Positions 1-9,800 of a DNA stretch of 64,000 bases are shown here, one piece after another (the stretch's first letter is position 1; each line of letters opens with the position of its first letter). A program made the position numbers and the translations under genes. The notes under the pieces are model-generated. The model was not told the origin of the DNA. It saw only the letters and a program-made list of their open reading frames with translations, and made no database searches. The stretch lies in assembly GCA_964611575.1 (NCBI GenBank), contig CAZTAJ010000007.1, forward strand, positions 1,847 through 65,846. Direction: 5' to 3'. The DNA comes from an uncultured Verrucomicrobiota bacterium. Lineage in GTDB: Bacteria; Verrucomicrobiota; Kiritimatiellia; CAIKKV01; CAITUY01.

Positions 1-134
1 TGCTCGCCTTCATCCGCGCCCGCCACCCTTACGAGGTTCCTGAAATCATCGTGACCCCGATCTTGGCGGGCGATCCGGACTACTTGGCCTGGATTGATCG
101 CGAAACGATCGTCCGCAAGACGGTGGCGCCATGA
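1..134 (+). CDS. cutA: Divalent-cation tolerance protein CutA, C-terminal part (5' end outside the window)
   Basis: Manual translation from position 3: LAFIRARHPYEVPEIIVTPILAGDPDYLAWIDRET, with the CutA HPYEVPEI...YLxW motif. The stop overlaps the metX start (ATGA at 131-134). Confidence 0.9.
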   Translation, partial: LAFIRARHPYEVPEIIVTPILAGDPDYLAWIDRETIVRKTVAP

Positions 135-1891
135 CGCCGGAGCCTCTGCAAGAGTCCGTGGGGATCGTAGAGACCCGCGTGGCCCGACTCCCCCTGCCCC
201 CTGAGGGCTTCCGCCTCGAAAGCGGACGGACTCTTTCCGAACTGCAGGTGGCGTACGAAACGTACGGGACCCTTTCGGCTGCCCGCGATAACGTCGTCTT
301 CGTGTGCCACGCGATCAGCGGCGATGCGCATGTGGCCGGCGAGCACACGCCCGACGACAAGCATCCCGGCTGGTGGGACGACATGGTCGGCCCCGGCAAG
401 GGCATCGACACCACGCGGTTCTTCGTGGTCTGCGCCAACGTGCTGGGCGGCTGCAAAGGCACGACCGGCCCCTCGTCCACCGACCCGCGCACCGGCCGAC
501 CGTACGGGTCACAGTTCCCGGCCATCACCGTCGGCGACATGGTGAATGTGCACCGGCTGCTGCTTCATCACCTGGGGATCGAAACGATCTACGCCGCGAT
601 CGGCGGTTCATTCGGCGGCATGCAGGTCCTCGAATGGGGCATCCGCCACCCGCATTCCGTCCGACGCTGCATCTGCATCGCCACGGCGGCATCCCTCTCC
701 ACCCAGGCGCTCGCGTTCGACATTGTCGGCCGGGAAGTGATTGTCAGCGACCCGGCCTGGTCCGGTGGCGACTACTACGGCACGGGACGCCAGCCGGACG
801 ACGGACTGGCGGCAGCCCGGATGATCGGCCATATCACCTACCTCTCGCCGGAGATCATGACGCGGAAATTCGGGCGCCGCAAACGCGACCTGCCCGCCCT
901 GGAGCGGTTCGGCACGCGTTTCGAGGTCGAGAGTTACCTGCAACACCAGGGCGAAGCCTTCGTGGAGCGCTTCGATTCGAACTCGTACCTGCACATCACG
1001 CACGCCATGGATGCCTATGACCTGGCCGAACAGCACGGCAGCCTCACGGCCGCCTTGCGCGGCGTCGAGGCGCGCTTCCTGGTGATCGCGCTCAGTTCCG
1101 ACTGGCTGTTCCCGCCCGAACAGTCGCTGGAACTCGCCACGGCCCTCGTGCAGGCAGGAAAGTCCGTGTCCTACGGCCTGCTCAAGGCGCCCTACGGGCA
1201 TGACGCCTTCCTCGTCGACATCGACCAACTGGCGCGGCTCATCGACACGTTCCTGGCCGGCGCGCCCGTCACCGTGACCTCGCCCGCCGGGACCCCGCGC
1301 CACGACGACAACCTGATCGCGGACATGATCGAGCCCGACTCCCGGGTCCTCGACCTCGGCTGCGGCGACGGCGACCTGCTGGCGCACCTGGCCGCCACCC
1401 GCCATGTCACGGGCCTGGGACTCGACATCGACCTCGAGCGCCTGATCAACACCCTCGGCAAGGGCATGGATGTCTTCCAGGGCGACATCGACGAGGGCCT
1501 CGGGTTCATCCCTGACCAGGCCTATGACTATGTGATTCTCAGCCAGACGCTCCAGGTGGTTCGCAAGCCCCGGCGCGTCCTCCAGGAAATGCTGCGGGTG
1601 GCCCGCGCGGGCATCGTGAGCATTCCGAACTTTGCCAACTGGCAGAACCGGATCCGTTTGGGACTGACCGGCCGGATGCCTCAATCGCGGGCGATCCCGT
1701 TCGAATGGCACGACACGCCCAATATCCATCTCGCCACCTTCCGGGACTTCATGGACTTGTGTCGCAAGGACGGCATCCGGGTCGAGCGCACCGTGCCGCT
1801 GGGGGATTCGCCCGCCAGCCGCCTGCTCGTCAAGACGGGATTGTGGAATTTGGGCGCGGAACGCATCCTGGTTCGGATCACACGCGCCTGA
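131..1891 (+). CDS. metX: Homoserine O-acetyltransferase MetX fused to a C-terminal MetW methyltransferase-like domain
   Basis: MetX motifs CHAISGDAH, GGSFGGMQ and YGHDAFL, followed by MetW motifs RVLDLGCGDG, SQTLQ and WHDTPNIHL. Confidence 0.92.
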   Translation: MTPEPLQESVGIVETRVARLPLPPEGFRLESGRTLSELQVAYETYGTLSAARDNVVFVCHAISGDAHVAGEHTPDDKHPGWWDDMVGPGKGIDTTRFFVVCANVLGGCKGTTGPSSTDPRTGRPYGSQFPAITVGDMVNVHRLLLHHLGIETIYAAIGGSFGGMQVLEWGIRHPHSVRRCICIATAASLSTQALAFDIVGREVIVSDPAWSGGDYYGTGRQPDDGLAAARMIGHITYLSPEIMTRKFGRRKRDLPALERFGTRFEVESYLQHQGEAFVERFDSNSYLHITHAMDAYDLAEQHGSLTAALRGVEARFLVIALSSDWLFPPEQSLELATALVQAGKSVSYGLLKAPYGHDAFLVDIDQLARLIDTFLAGAPVTVTSPAGTPRHDDNLIADMIEPDSRVLDLGCGDGDLLAHLAATRHVTGLGLDIDLERLINTLGKGMDVFQGDIDEGLGFIPDQAYDYVILSQTLQVVRKPRRVLQEMLRVARAGIVSIPNFANWQNRIRLGLTGRMPQSRAIPFEWHDTPNIHLATFRDFMDLCRKDGIRVERTVPLGDSPASRLLVKTGLWNLGAERILVRITRA

Positions 1892-1907
1892 CGAAGATGA
1901 GGACCCC

Positions 1908-2867
1908 ATGACAACGACATTGAAGACCGACATCGCCCAACTGATCGCGGAAGCCGCCGGGACGCTGTGCACCTGCGAGACCTGCGCCCTGACCGCCAAC
2001 ACGGTGAAGGGCATCCACCTCGCCGGCCGCAAGGCCATCTGCCGCGTGCTCGACGAACTGGTCGCCATCCTGTTCCCGGGGTGCCACGGCGCCGACCCCG
2101 TGCCGCCTGCCCACGTCCGCTTGTTCATTCAGGAGCGCCTCCAGGAATCAGCCGACACCCTGAAGGAACAGATCGAACGGGCCTTCCGCTATCAATGCAG
2201 ATTCGACAAATGCACGGACTGCGGCGATTGCGGCCGAAACGCGGAGGCCGCCGTGCATGCGCTGATCACGGCATTGCCCGACATCAAGCGCCTGCTGCAG
2301 GAGGACGTCCAAGCCGCCTACGAAGGCGACCCAGCCGCACGGTCGATCATGGAAGTCGTGATGAGTTATCCGGGATTCCAGGCGATCATCACGCACCGCA
2401 TCGCCCATGTCCTGTACCTGCACAATGTGCCCCTCATTCCCCGCATCATGACTGAATATGCCCATTCCCAGACCGGCATCGATATCCATCCGGGCGCCAC
2501 CATCGGCGCGGGCTTCTTCATCGACCACGGAACGGGCGTGGTCATCGGCGAGACGACCCTCATCGGGCGCAACGTCAAACTTTACCAGGGCGTCACGCTC
2601 GGCGCCTTGAGCTTCCCCAAGGATGCGGCAGGCAACCCGATCAAGGGCGTCAAACGCCATCCGAATGTCGAGGACCATGTCACCATCTATGCCGGCGCCA
2701 CCATCCTGGGCGGCGAGACCACCATCGGGGCCGGCTCCGAAATCGGCGGCAATGTCTGGCTGACGCATTCCGTGCCCCCGAATTCGAAAGTCTACAACCA
2801 GCAACCCAAGCCACTGATTACCAAACGCCCCGCCCCCGCCACGGCGACCCAAGAGCCCATCCCATGA
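1908..2867 (+). CDS. cysE: Serine O-acetyltransferase (long EpsC/CysE type)
   Basis: [38 protein letters not shown] and KRHP motifs. Confidence 0.93.
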   Translation: MTTTLKTDIAQLIAEAAGTLCTCETCALTANTVKGIHLAGRKAICRVLDELVAILFPGCHGADPVPPAHVRLFIQERLQESADTLKEQIERAFRYQCRFDKCTDCGDCGRNAEAAVHALITALPDIKRLLQEDVQAAYEGDPAARSIMEVVMSYPGFQAIITHRIAHVLYLHNVPLIPRIMTEYAHSQTGIDIHPGATIGAGFFIDHGTGVVIGETTLIGRNVKLYQGVTLGALSFPKDAAGNPIKGVKRHPNVEDHVTIYAGATILGGETTIGAGSEIGGNVWLTHSVPPNSKVYNQQPKPLITKRPAPATATQEPIP

Positions 2868-5800
2868 GCACACCGTCCACCGTGAATTGCTTCCGTGCCG
2901 GGCCGGCCCTGTCGGATTTCCGGACCGTTGCGCTGATCCGGGCTTTCTCCGCAGGGGAGCCCGCCCTGCGTGTCGCCCGGGTCGAAACCGCCACGCTCTA
3001 TCTCGTGGAGGCCGCCGCGAATGCCGACTCAGCCCTCTGGCCCCGGGTGGCCGCCCTGCTCGGCACCGACCGACGGATCGAACCCGTCGTCCGCGACGGC
3101 TTCTTCGTGACCCCGCGCAAGGGCACCCTCTCGCCCTGGTCGTCCAAGGCCACCGACATCTTCCACAACTGCGGCCTGAATGAGATCCGCCGGGTTGAGA
3201 AGGGCAGCCTGTTTCAGGTCTACGACGCCACAGGGAAATGCCTGAGTCCCACCGTGTTGCGCACCGGCCTGCACCTTGTGCACGACCGCATGACGGAGGG
3301 GGTCTACCAGGACGTGTCGAACATCTTCCAGCATGTCGCGCCGGCCCCGCTGGTGTCGGTCGATATCCTGGGAGCCGGCATCGCCGCCCTGCAGGAGGCC
3401 AACGCCTCCATGGGACTGGCTTTGGCGGATGAGGAAATCAAGTACCTGTATGACGTGTATGCAGGCCTTAAGCGCAATCCCACGGACGTCGAACTGGTCA
3501 TGTTCGGCCAGGTCAACTCCGAGCACTGCCGGCACAAGATCTTCCGGGCGGATTGGATCATCGACGGCCAGGCGCAGACCACCAACCTATTCGACATGAT
3601 CCGCAACACGCACCGGAGGCATCCGGCCGGGACGCTGCTCGCCTATTCCGACAATTCCGCCGTCATGGAGGGATTTCCGGGGCAGTGGTACGAAATCCGG
3701 CATGACGGCCCGCCGCGTTACACGCGTGTGCAGGAACAGGTCGACATCCTGATGAAAGTCGAAACGCACAACCATCCCACGGCGATCTCCCCCTACCCCG
3801 GCGCCGCCACGGGGGTCGGCGGCGAGATCCGCGACGAAGGCGCCACGGGCATCGGCGGCCGCCCCAAGGCCGGCCTGGCGGCGTTCATGGTCTCCAACCT
3901 GCGGATTCCGGGTTTCCTAATGCCGTGGGAGAAGGACTTCGCCGAATTCCCCGCCCGCCTGGCCACGCCCCTGGAAATCATGACCGACGGTCCGCTGGGG
4001 GGCGCCCGGTTTGGCAACGAGTTCGGCCGGCCCCAACTCACCGGCCTCTTCCGCACGCTGGAACAGTCGTACAACCACCGCTACCGCGGCTACCACAAGC
4101 CGATCATGGTGGCAGGCGGAATGGGCAACATCAAACGCCGGCACGTCCACAAGAAGGACATCCCGCCACGCGCCCTGGTCATCCAACTCGGCGGTCCGGC
4201 TCTGCGCATCGGGCTCGGCGGCGGCGCCGCCTCCTCCATGGGCAGCGGCAGCAACGCCGAGAACCTGGACTTCGATTCCGTGCAGCGCGACAACGCCGAG
4301 ATCCAGCGCCGCTGCCAGGAGGTCATCAACGGCTGCATGGCGTTCGGCGATGCCAACCCCATTCTCAGCGTTCACGACATCGGAGCCGGCGGCCTCTCGA
4401 ACGGCTGCCCCGAGTTGATCGCCGCCACGGGGGGCCGCTTTGACCTGCGCGCCATCCCGAACGAGGAATCGTCCATGAGCCCCATGGAGATCTGGTGCTG
4501 CGAAGCCCAGGAACGGTACGTACTGGCCGTGATGCCCGAGGGGCTCGACCGCTTCATGACGCTATGCCGCCGCGAACGATGCCCTGCCCACGTCATCGGC
4601 GAGGCCACTGGGGATGGGCGACTGGTGTTGCACGACGCGCATTTCGGCAATGACCCGATCGACATTGACGTCCAGGTGATTCTCGGCAAGCCCCCTCAGA
4701 TGCTGCGTAATGTGCGCCACCTTGCCGAGTCCCATGCGGAGTTCGACGTCTCCAGCCTCGACCTGCGTGAGGCCATCGACCGCGTGCTGCATTTCCCCGC
4801 CGTGGCCAACAAGACCTTTCTCATCACCATCGCCGACCGCTCCGTCACGGGCATGGTCACGCGCGACCAGATGGTCGGACCGTGGCAGACGCCGGTCGCT
4901 GATGTGGCCGTCACGGCAGCCACCTACGATGGCTATGCGGGCGAAGCCATGGCGATGGGTGAACGCACGCCCGTGGCCATGGTATCCGGGCCGGCCTCCG
5001 GCCGCCTCGCCCTCGGCGAGGCGTTGACGAATATTGCCGGCGCGGCCATCGGGGCCATGGGGAACGTCAAGCTCTCGGCCAACTGGATGTGCGCCTGCGG
5101 CGAGGAAGGCGAAGATGCCGCCCTGTTCGATACCGTCAAGGCCCTGGGCATCGACCTATGCCCCACCCTCGGCCTCTCGATCCCCGTCGGCAAGGACTCG
5201 CTGTCCATGCGCACGACCTGGAAAGACTCGCACGACAAGACCATCAAGATGACCGCCCCGCTGAGCCTGGTCATCACAGCCTTTGCGCCGGTCACCGATG
5301 TCCGCCGCACCGTCACCCCCGACCTGAAACCCGTGCCCGACAGTTCACTGATCCTCATCGATCTTGGACGGGGACAGAACCGGCTCGGAGCCTCGACCCT
5401 GGCCCAAGTCTACAACCAGGTCGGGGGAACCACCCCGGATGTCGACCACCCCGCGGACCTGGCAGCCTTCTTTGCCGCCATGCAGGACCTGGTGAGCGAA
5501 GGCCTGTTACTTGCCTACCACGACCGGTCCGACGGCGGACTGTTCGTGACCGTGGCCGAAATGGCCTTCGCGGGCCGCCAGGGTGTGCGCCTCCATCTGG
5601 ACGAACCGGAGGGCGATCCCGTGCGTATCCTCTTCGCTGAGGAGTTGGGCGGCGTCCTGCAAGTGGCCGACCGTGATCTGGCCCGCGTGAACGACATCCT
5701 GCGCCGACATGAGCTGGGCGCCCTGTCGATGCTGATTGGCGGCCCCACCGCCGCCAAGACGCTCACCATCGAAGTTGCCGACCGCATCATCCTTGAGGAA

Positions 5801-6754
5801 AAGCTGGCCGTACTGAACCAGACCTGGTCCGAACTGACCTGTGAAATGCAGGCGCGCCGCGACAACGCCGGGTGCGCCCGCCAGGAGTTCGAAGACCTCA
5901 AGGACGAAACCGATCCCGGCCTGACCTTCGCACTCACCTATGATCCGTCCGCACCCTTCGTTCGTCGCGGCGCCCGGCCGCGCATGGCGATCCTCCGCGA
6001 ACAGGGTGTCAACGGCCATATGGAAATGGCGGCCGCCTTCGAGAGCGCCGGTTTCGACAGTTTCGACGTGCATATGACCGACCTGCTCGGCAACCGGGTC
6101 GACTTGAAGGACTTCGCCGGGCTCGTGGCCTGCGGCGGCTTTTCCTACGGCGACGTACTGGGCGCCGGCGCCGGCTGGGCCAAGTCGATCTTGTTCAACG
6201 AACGGTTGCGGGACATGTTCGAAGCCTTCTTCGCCCGGCCCAACGCCTTCGCCCTCGGCGTCTGCAACGGCTGCCAGATGCTGTCGCTGCTGAAGGACAT
6301 CATCCCGGGCGCAGAACACTGGCCACGCTTTACGCGCAACCTCTGCGAGCAGTTCGAGGCGCGCTACGTCAACGTGGAGATCCTCCGTTCGCCCTCCCTC
6401 TTCTTCCGGGGCATGGAAGGTTCGCGCCTGGGCATCCCGGTGGCACACGGCGAAGGGTTCGCGAATTTCGCCCTGACGGGCTCTCTGGAAGGCATCCGGC
6501 GTGAAGGCCTGGCCGCAGTCCGTTTCGTGGATCACCTGGGCCGACCGGCCACGCGCTACCCGCTCAATCCGAACGGGTCGCCTGACGGATTGACCAGCGT
6601 CACCAACCGCGATGGACGCATCACGATCCTGATGCCGCACCCTGAGCGGGCCTTCCGGGCTGTGCAGCTTTCCTGGAAACCCGACGGCCTGTTCAAGAAC
6701 GACGCCGGCCCCTGGCTGCGCATGTTCCAGAACGCCCGGGCGTTCGTGGCATAA
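2864..6754 (+). CDS. purL: Phosphoribosylformylglycinamidine synthase, large single-chain form
   Basis: [30 protein letters not shown] and MPHPER motifs; 1296 aa. Confidence 0.97.
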   Translation: MSTPSTVNCFRAGPALSDFRTVALIRAFSAGEPALRVARVETATLYLVEAAANADSALWPRVAALLGTDRRIEPVVRDGFFVTPRKGTLSPWSSKATDIFHNCGLNEIRRVEKGSLFQVYDATGKCLSPTVLRTGLHLVHDRMTEGVYQDVSNIFQHVAPAPLVSVDILGAGIAALQEANASMGLALADEEIKYLYDVYAGLKRNPTDVELVMFGQVNSEHCRHKIFRADWIIDGQAQTTNLFDMIRNTHRRHPAGTLLAYSDNSAVMEGFPGQWYEIRHDGPPRYTRVQEQVDILMKVETHNHPTAISPYPGAATGVGGEIRDEGATGIGGRPKAGLAAFMVSNLRIPGFLMPWEKDFAEFPARLATPLEIMTDGPLGGARFGNEFGRPQLTGLFRTLEQSYNHRYRGYHKPIMVAGGMGNIKRRHVHKKDIPPRALVIQLGGPALRIGLGGGAASSMGSGSNAENLDFDSVQRDNAEIQRRCQEVINGCMAFGDANPILSVHDIGAGGLSNGCPELIAATGGRFDLRAIPNEESSMSPMEIWCCEAQERYVLAVMPEGLDRFMTLCRRERCPAHVIGEATGDGRLVLHDAHFGNDPIDIDVQVILGKPPQMLRNVRHLAESHAEFDVSSLDLREAIDRVLHFPAVANKTFLITIADRSVTGMVTRDQMVGPWQTPVADVAVTAATYDGYAGEAMAMGERTPVAMVSGPASGRLALGEALTNIAGAAIGAMGNVKLSANWMCACGEEGEDAALFDTVKALGIDLCPTLGLSIPVGKDSLSMRTTWKDSHDKTIKMTAPLSLVITAFAPVTDVRRTVTPDLKPVPDSSLILIDLGRGQNRLGASTLAQVYNQVGGTTPDVDHPADLAAFFAAMQDLVSEGLLLAYHDRSDGGLFVTVAEMAFAGRQGVRLHLDEPEGDPVRILFAEELGGVLQVADRDLARVNDILRRHELGALSMLIGGPTAAKTLTIEVADRIILEEKLAVLNQTWSELTCEMQARRDNAGCARQEFEDLKDETDPGLTFALTYDPSAPFVRRGARPRMAILREQGVNGHMEMAAAFESAGFDSFDVHMTDLLGNRVDLKDFAGLVACGGFSYGDVLGAGAGWAKSILFNERLRDMFEAFFARPNAFALGVCNGCQMLSLLKDIIPGAEHWPRFTRNLCEQFEARYVNVEILRSPSLFFRGMEGSRLGIPVAHGEGFANFALTGSLEGIRREGLAAVRFVDHLGRPATRYPLNPNGSPDGLTSVTNRDGRITILMPHPERAFRAVQLSWKPDGLFKNDAGPWLRMFQNARAFVA

Positions 6755-6808
6755 GTCAGGGGCCCGGGAGCCCGGTCCGACCGTTGGCCCCTGACTTCGG
6801 ACCTCGGG
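6753..6808. repeat. Inverted repeat with degenerate heptamer periodicity between convergent genes; possible bidirectional terminator
   Basis: AAGTCAGGGGCC (6753-6764) pairs with GGCCCCTGACTT (6786-6797). The right side reads ggtccga-ccgttgg-cccctga-cttcgga-cctcggg. Confidence 0.6.
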
Positions 6809-7030
6809 TCACATTCCGCCGCGATGCGGACACCCTGCGCTGGGGCAGGTGGCGCACTTGGCAGACGGCTCATGCTTGGCGGCTGTCGCCATCGAAACGC
6901 TGAACGTCGACAGGGCCTTCCGCAGTTTGCCGCCGCACTGGGCGCACTTGGCGGGAATGTCTTTCTGGTTGCGGATCAGCGCTTCCACGCGTCCGCCGCA
7001 TTGGGCGCACTCGTATTCGTAAATAGGCAT
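6809..7030 (-). CDS. FmdB-family zinc-ribbon regulatory protein
   Basis: MPIYEYECAQCG...CAQCGG...CATCPSAGC. Start trimmed to the MPIYEY ATG. Confidence 0.88.
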   Translation of the reverse strand: MPIYEYECAQCGGRVEALIRNQKDIPAKCAQCGGKLRKALSTFSVSMATAAKHEPSAKCATCPSAGCPHRGGM

Positions 7031-7159
7031 GGGTATCTTCCGATAAAATGTCCTTCTTCCGGCGATGCGGCCACACGCTCGCGGGCGACAGCCGGAAGCT
7101 GCGTCTTTATGGCAATGACTGTATCCAAGCAGAGCGGGAACAGCAAGCATGCCGCGCAC

Positions 7160-7399
7160 AGACGGCAACTCATCTGCCAGTTCCATGCACGGGTTTGCGC
7201 AACGACCTGCGGCGTGGCGCGACTGGAGAGGTCAAGGAGCAGGATACGCGCGACATCATCCGGGCCCGGCGCATGGTCCATGAACTCCGCTTCCATGCAT
7301 ATCGGAAAGATGGACGAAGGTGAAGAGCGTCGGATCCCCGCCCACGAGAGGGGACGCGAGCATGACCGTGAGCAGCAGAATCACAGATCTCGTCAGCAT
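7160..7399 (-). pseudogene. Remnant of a secreted metallophosphoesterase-like gene (signal peptide plus DxH motif, then a frame break)
   Basis: AGGAG RBS, then ATG at 7399: MLTRSVILLLTVMLASPLVGGDPTLFTFVHLSDMHG, stop at 7256. A second frame continues with protein-like FMDHAPGPDDVARILLLDL...VAQTRAWNWQM. Confidence 0.55.
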
Positions 7400-7429
7400 G
7401 CCAGACGCTCCTGCAGTCGCCTGTTGGAC

Positions 7430-7464
7430 AAAAAAAGAGGCCGCACTTTGCCGTGCGGCCCCTC
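7430..7464 (-). terminator. Rho-independent terminator of hup
   Basis: Minus strand GGCCGCAC-GGCAAA-GTGCGGCC followed by TCTTTTTTT, just after the HU stop. Confidence 0.85.
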
Positions 7465-7487
7465 ACGCAAAAGGTCAGTACTCTTGC

Positions 7488-7769
7488 TTAGCCCAGGATC
7501 GCATCCTTGCAGGCTTTCGCGACGCGGAACTTCACCACGCGCTTCGCGGGAATCTTGATCGTCGCGCCCGTCGCGGGGTTGCGGCCCATGCGAGCCTTGC
7601 GGTTGACCAGGACGAGCTTGCCGAGACCGGGAACCGTAAACCCGTTCTTCGCGTTCTTGTAAGCCAGCGCCACCAGGGCCTCGATCACTGCCCCTGCCTG
7701 CTTCTTCGAGATTTCCGTCGCCTCAGCCACGCCCGCCACGATCTGACTCTTTGTCAACGCCTTCGCCAT
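7488..7769 (-). CDS. hup: DNA-binding protein HU
   Basis: TKSQIV...GLGKL...RKARMGRNPATGATIKIPAKRVVKFR. Confidence 0.96.
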   Translation of the reverse strand: MAKALTKSQIVAGVAEATEISKKQAGAVIEALVALAYKNAKNGFTVPGLGKLVLVNRKARMGRNPATGATIKIPAKRVVKFRVAKACKDAILG

Positions 7770-7903
7770 TAGAGTAACTCCTCTTGGGGATTCGGCCGCA
7801 TCACCATGATACGGCCTCCTAGGTACGCGACAATAGCGCTTTTACTGGGCAATGCAAGCGCGATGTTGATTTTTATCAATGCTGGCAAGGGTTTGAGGCC
7901 CGT

Positions 7904-9073
7904 TCAACCCGCCAACACGCGGGCGCCGTCTGACGGCCGGATCGTCATGGTCGTGCAAGGGTGACCGAACGCCTGGCGATAGGCTTCGGCCAGATGGTCG
8001 CCCACCCCCACCGCATCGCCGGCCCGCACGAGCACGACCACGCTCCCGCCGAACCCGCCGCCCGACAGCCGCGCCCCGAGCACTTTCGGGTTCATCCGGG
8101 CCGCGGCGACCAGCACATCGAGTTCGCGACAGGAGTTCTCGAACTGGGTCCGGGAGCTTTCATGCGAGTCGAACATCAGGCGGCCGAATGCGGCCAGATC
8201 ATGCCGCGCCAGGCAGTCCCGGCCCTTGAGCACACGGGTGTTCTCGCCGATGATGTGCGCCGCACGCCGGGCCGCAATCGGGTTCATCTTCGCCCGGTGT
8301 TGTTCCCACTCGTCCCACGAGACGTCGCGCAGCGCCTGCACAGGATGCGGCAACACTGATGCAAAGAACCGCGCCGCCTCTTCACACCGTTCCCGGCGCT
8401 CGTTGTACTCCGACTCGACCAGCGAGTGTTTGACTGCCGTGTTGCAGATCAGGAAACACGCGTCAGCGCCCAACGGAACGGCGGTCGCCACCAAGGTACG
8501 GAAATCCGACATGACCAGCGCGTTCTCGCGGCCAAACAGGCTGGAGAGCTGATCCATCAACCCGCATTTGACGCCGGCATAGTCGTGTTCCGCCGCCTGC
8601 CCGATCCTGGCCAGGTCAAGCGGCGCAAGGGTCAACCCATGGAGCCGAGCCAACGCCATGCCCGCGCTCATTTCCAGCGCCGCCGAACTGGACAAGCCGG
8701 CGCCCAACGGCACGTTGCCGCCTAGCAATCCCAGAAAACCGGTGTTCATCGTGCCCTGTTTCCGCAGTCCCGCCACAACCCCTTTAACGTAGTTGGCCCA
8801 CGCCATGACCTTGGACGGAGCCGGGTCCGCAACAGAGAAACGGCATTCCTGCATCACGTCGCCGGCCAGCAGGCGGCACTCCGGGCCCGACGACAACGCT
8901 GCCAGGAAATAGGTTCCGCGATCGATGGCCGCGGACAGCACGTAGCCCTCGTTGTAGTCGGTGTGATTGCCCAGGACTTCCACGCGGCCCGGGGCATACG
9001 CCACCACCGTCGGCGCCGTTCCGAACTGGGCGCAAAAGGTCTTTTTCAGAGTCGTCAGCAAATCGTTAGTCAT
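7904..9073 (-). CDS. galK: Galactokinase
   Basis: APGRVEVLGNHTDYNEG, PLGAGLSSSAA, CGLMDQ and GARLSGGGFGG. Confidence 0.95.
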   Translation of the reverse strand: MTNDLLTTLKKTFCAQFGTAPTVVAYAPGRVEVLGNHTDYNEGYVLSAAIDRGTYFLAALSSGPECRLLAGDVMQECRFSVADPAPSKVMAWANYVKGVVAGLRKQGTMNTGFLGLLGGNVPLGAGLSSSAALEMSAGMALARLHGLTLAPLDLARIGQAAEHDYAGVKCGLMDQLSSLFGRENALVMSDFRTLVATAVPLGADACFLICNTAVKHSLVESEYNERRERCEEAARFFASVLPHPVQALRDVSWDEWEQHRAKMNPIAARRAAHIIGENTRVLKGRDCLARHDLAAFGRLMFDSHESSRTQFENSCRELDVLVAAARMNPKVLGARLSGGGFGGSVVVLVRAGDAVGVGDHLAEAYRQAFGHPCTTMTIRPSDGARVLAG

Positions 9074-9185
9074 CGTCTATTCCCTCTGTGTCGATATTCC
9101 CTGACGACGCAATCGCAACCTACACGATGCTTTTCCGGGCCTCAGGGCGATTCATTGGTGGATCCACCGGGAGTAACCGCCGAGG

Positions 9186-9428
9186 TCACAAGCCGAGTTC
9201 GGCCAACACTTGCTCAACTGTCACCCCGTGATGGGCGGCAACGCTCTTCAGGATGCTGCTCAAAGTGCCGACCTTAATGGGAGTGTGGACCGGGATGGTC
9301 TCGTGGTGTTCGCCATCACGCGTGGTGCTGACACGTACATGAGTACCTTTCTGGCGCGTCACCACGTAGCCAAAGAAACGCAGGGCCTTGATCAGATCCT
9401 GCCCCGAGATATCTCGCGGCAGCCTCAC
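9186..9428 (-). CDS. hicA: HicA-family mRNA interferase toxin
   Basis: 80 aa; LIKAL..FGY..TRQKGTH...TIPVH..IKVGTLSSILK pattern. Overlaps the upstream gene by 4 nt. Confidence 0.88.
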   Translation of the reverse strand: MRLPRDISGQDLIKALRFFGYVVTRQKGTHVRVSTTRDGEHHETIPVHTPIKVGTLSSILKSVAAHHGVTVEQVLAELGL

Positions 9429-9637
9429 ACCGCAAGCACCTCATCGCGCACAAAATGCAGTCTCACGATGCCGGGGAGGGCTTTGGGATCATCAAAATGA
9501 CAATCCACAGCCTCCCTCACGTTGCGGCGCAAGTCATCCAATGTGTCGGCCTGCGTATGGATGCCATAGCCCAGAGCAGATGCCGTATATCCTCCATCCA
9601 CATCGTCTTCCCGCACCTCGAAGATGAGTTCCTTCAT
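9425..9637 (-). CDS. hicB: Short HicB-like antitoxin
   Basis: MKELIFEVREDDVDGGYTA...IHTQADTLDDLRRNVREAV; coupled to hicA. Confidence 0.8.
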   Translation of the reverse strand: MKELIFEVREDDVDGGYTASALGYGIHTQADTLDDLRRNVREAVDCHFDDPKALPGIVRLHFVRDEVLAV

Positions 9638-9800
9638 GTCCGTATATTGCCACAAATGACCGCAAAGAAACAGCCGCTTTTGGGGCCTCTGAAGTTCACG
9701 CACCCCAACTACCTCAGTCAACCTGTGTCGCTACGTCTTCACCCGTCGGTTGGTTCTTCACAACGCCGTGAACTTCATTTTCTTGACGGGACGATGTGCG

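Noticed and set aside
608-2128. Long antisense ORFs (also 11034-12695, 19559-21040, 29499-30884, 39370-40719, 59987-61567)
   Set aside because: They lie opposite well-supported genes, have no recognisable motifs, and are expected shadows in high-GC DNA.
9186-9637. hicBA and vapBC (48749-49364) as novel systems
   Set aside because: Ordinary type II toxin-antitoxin pairs with typical size and motifs.
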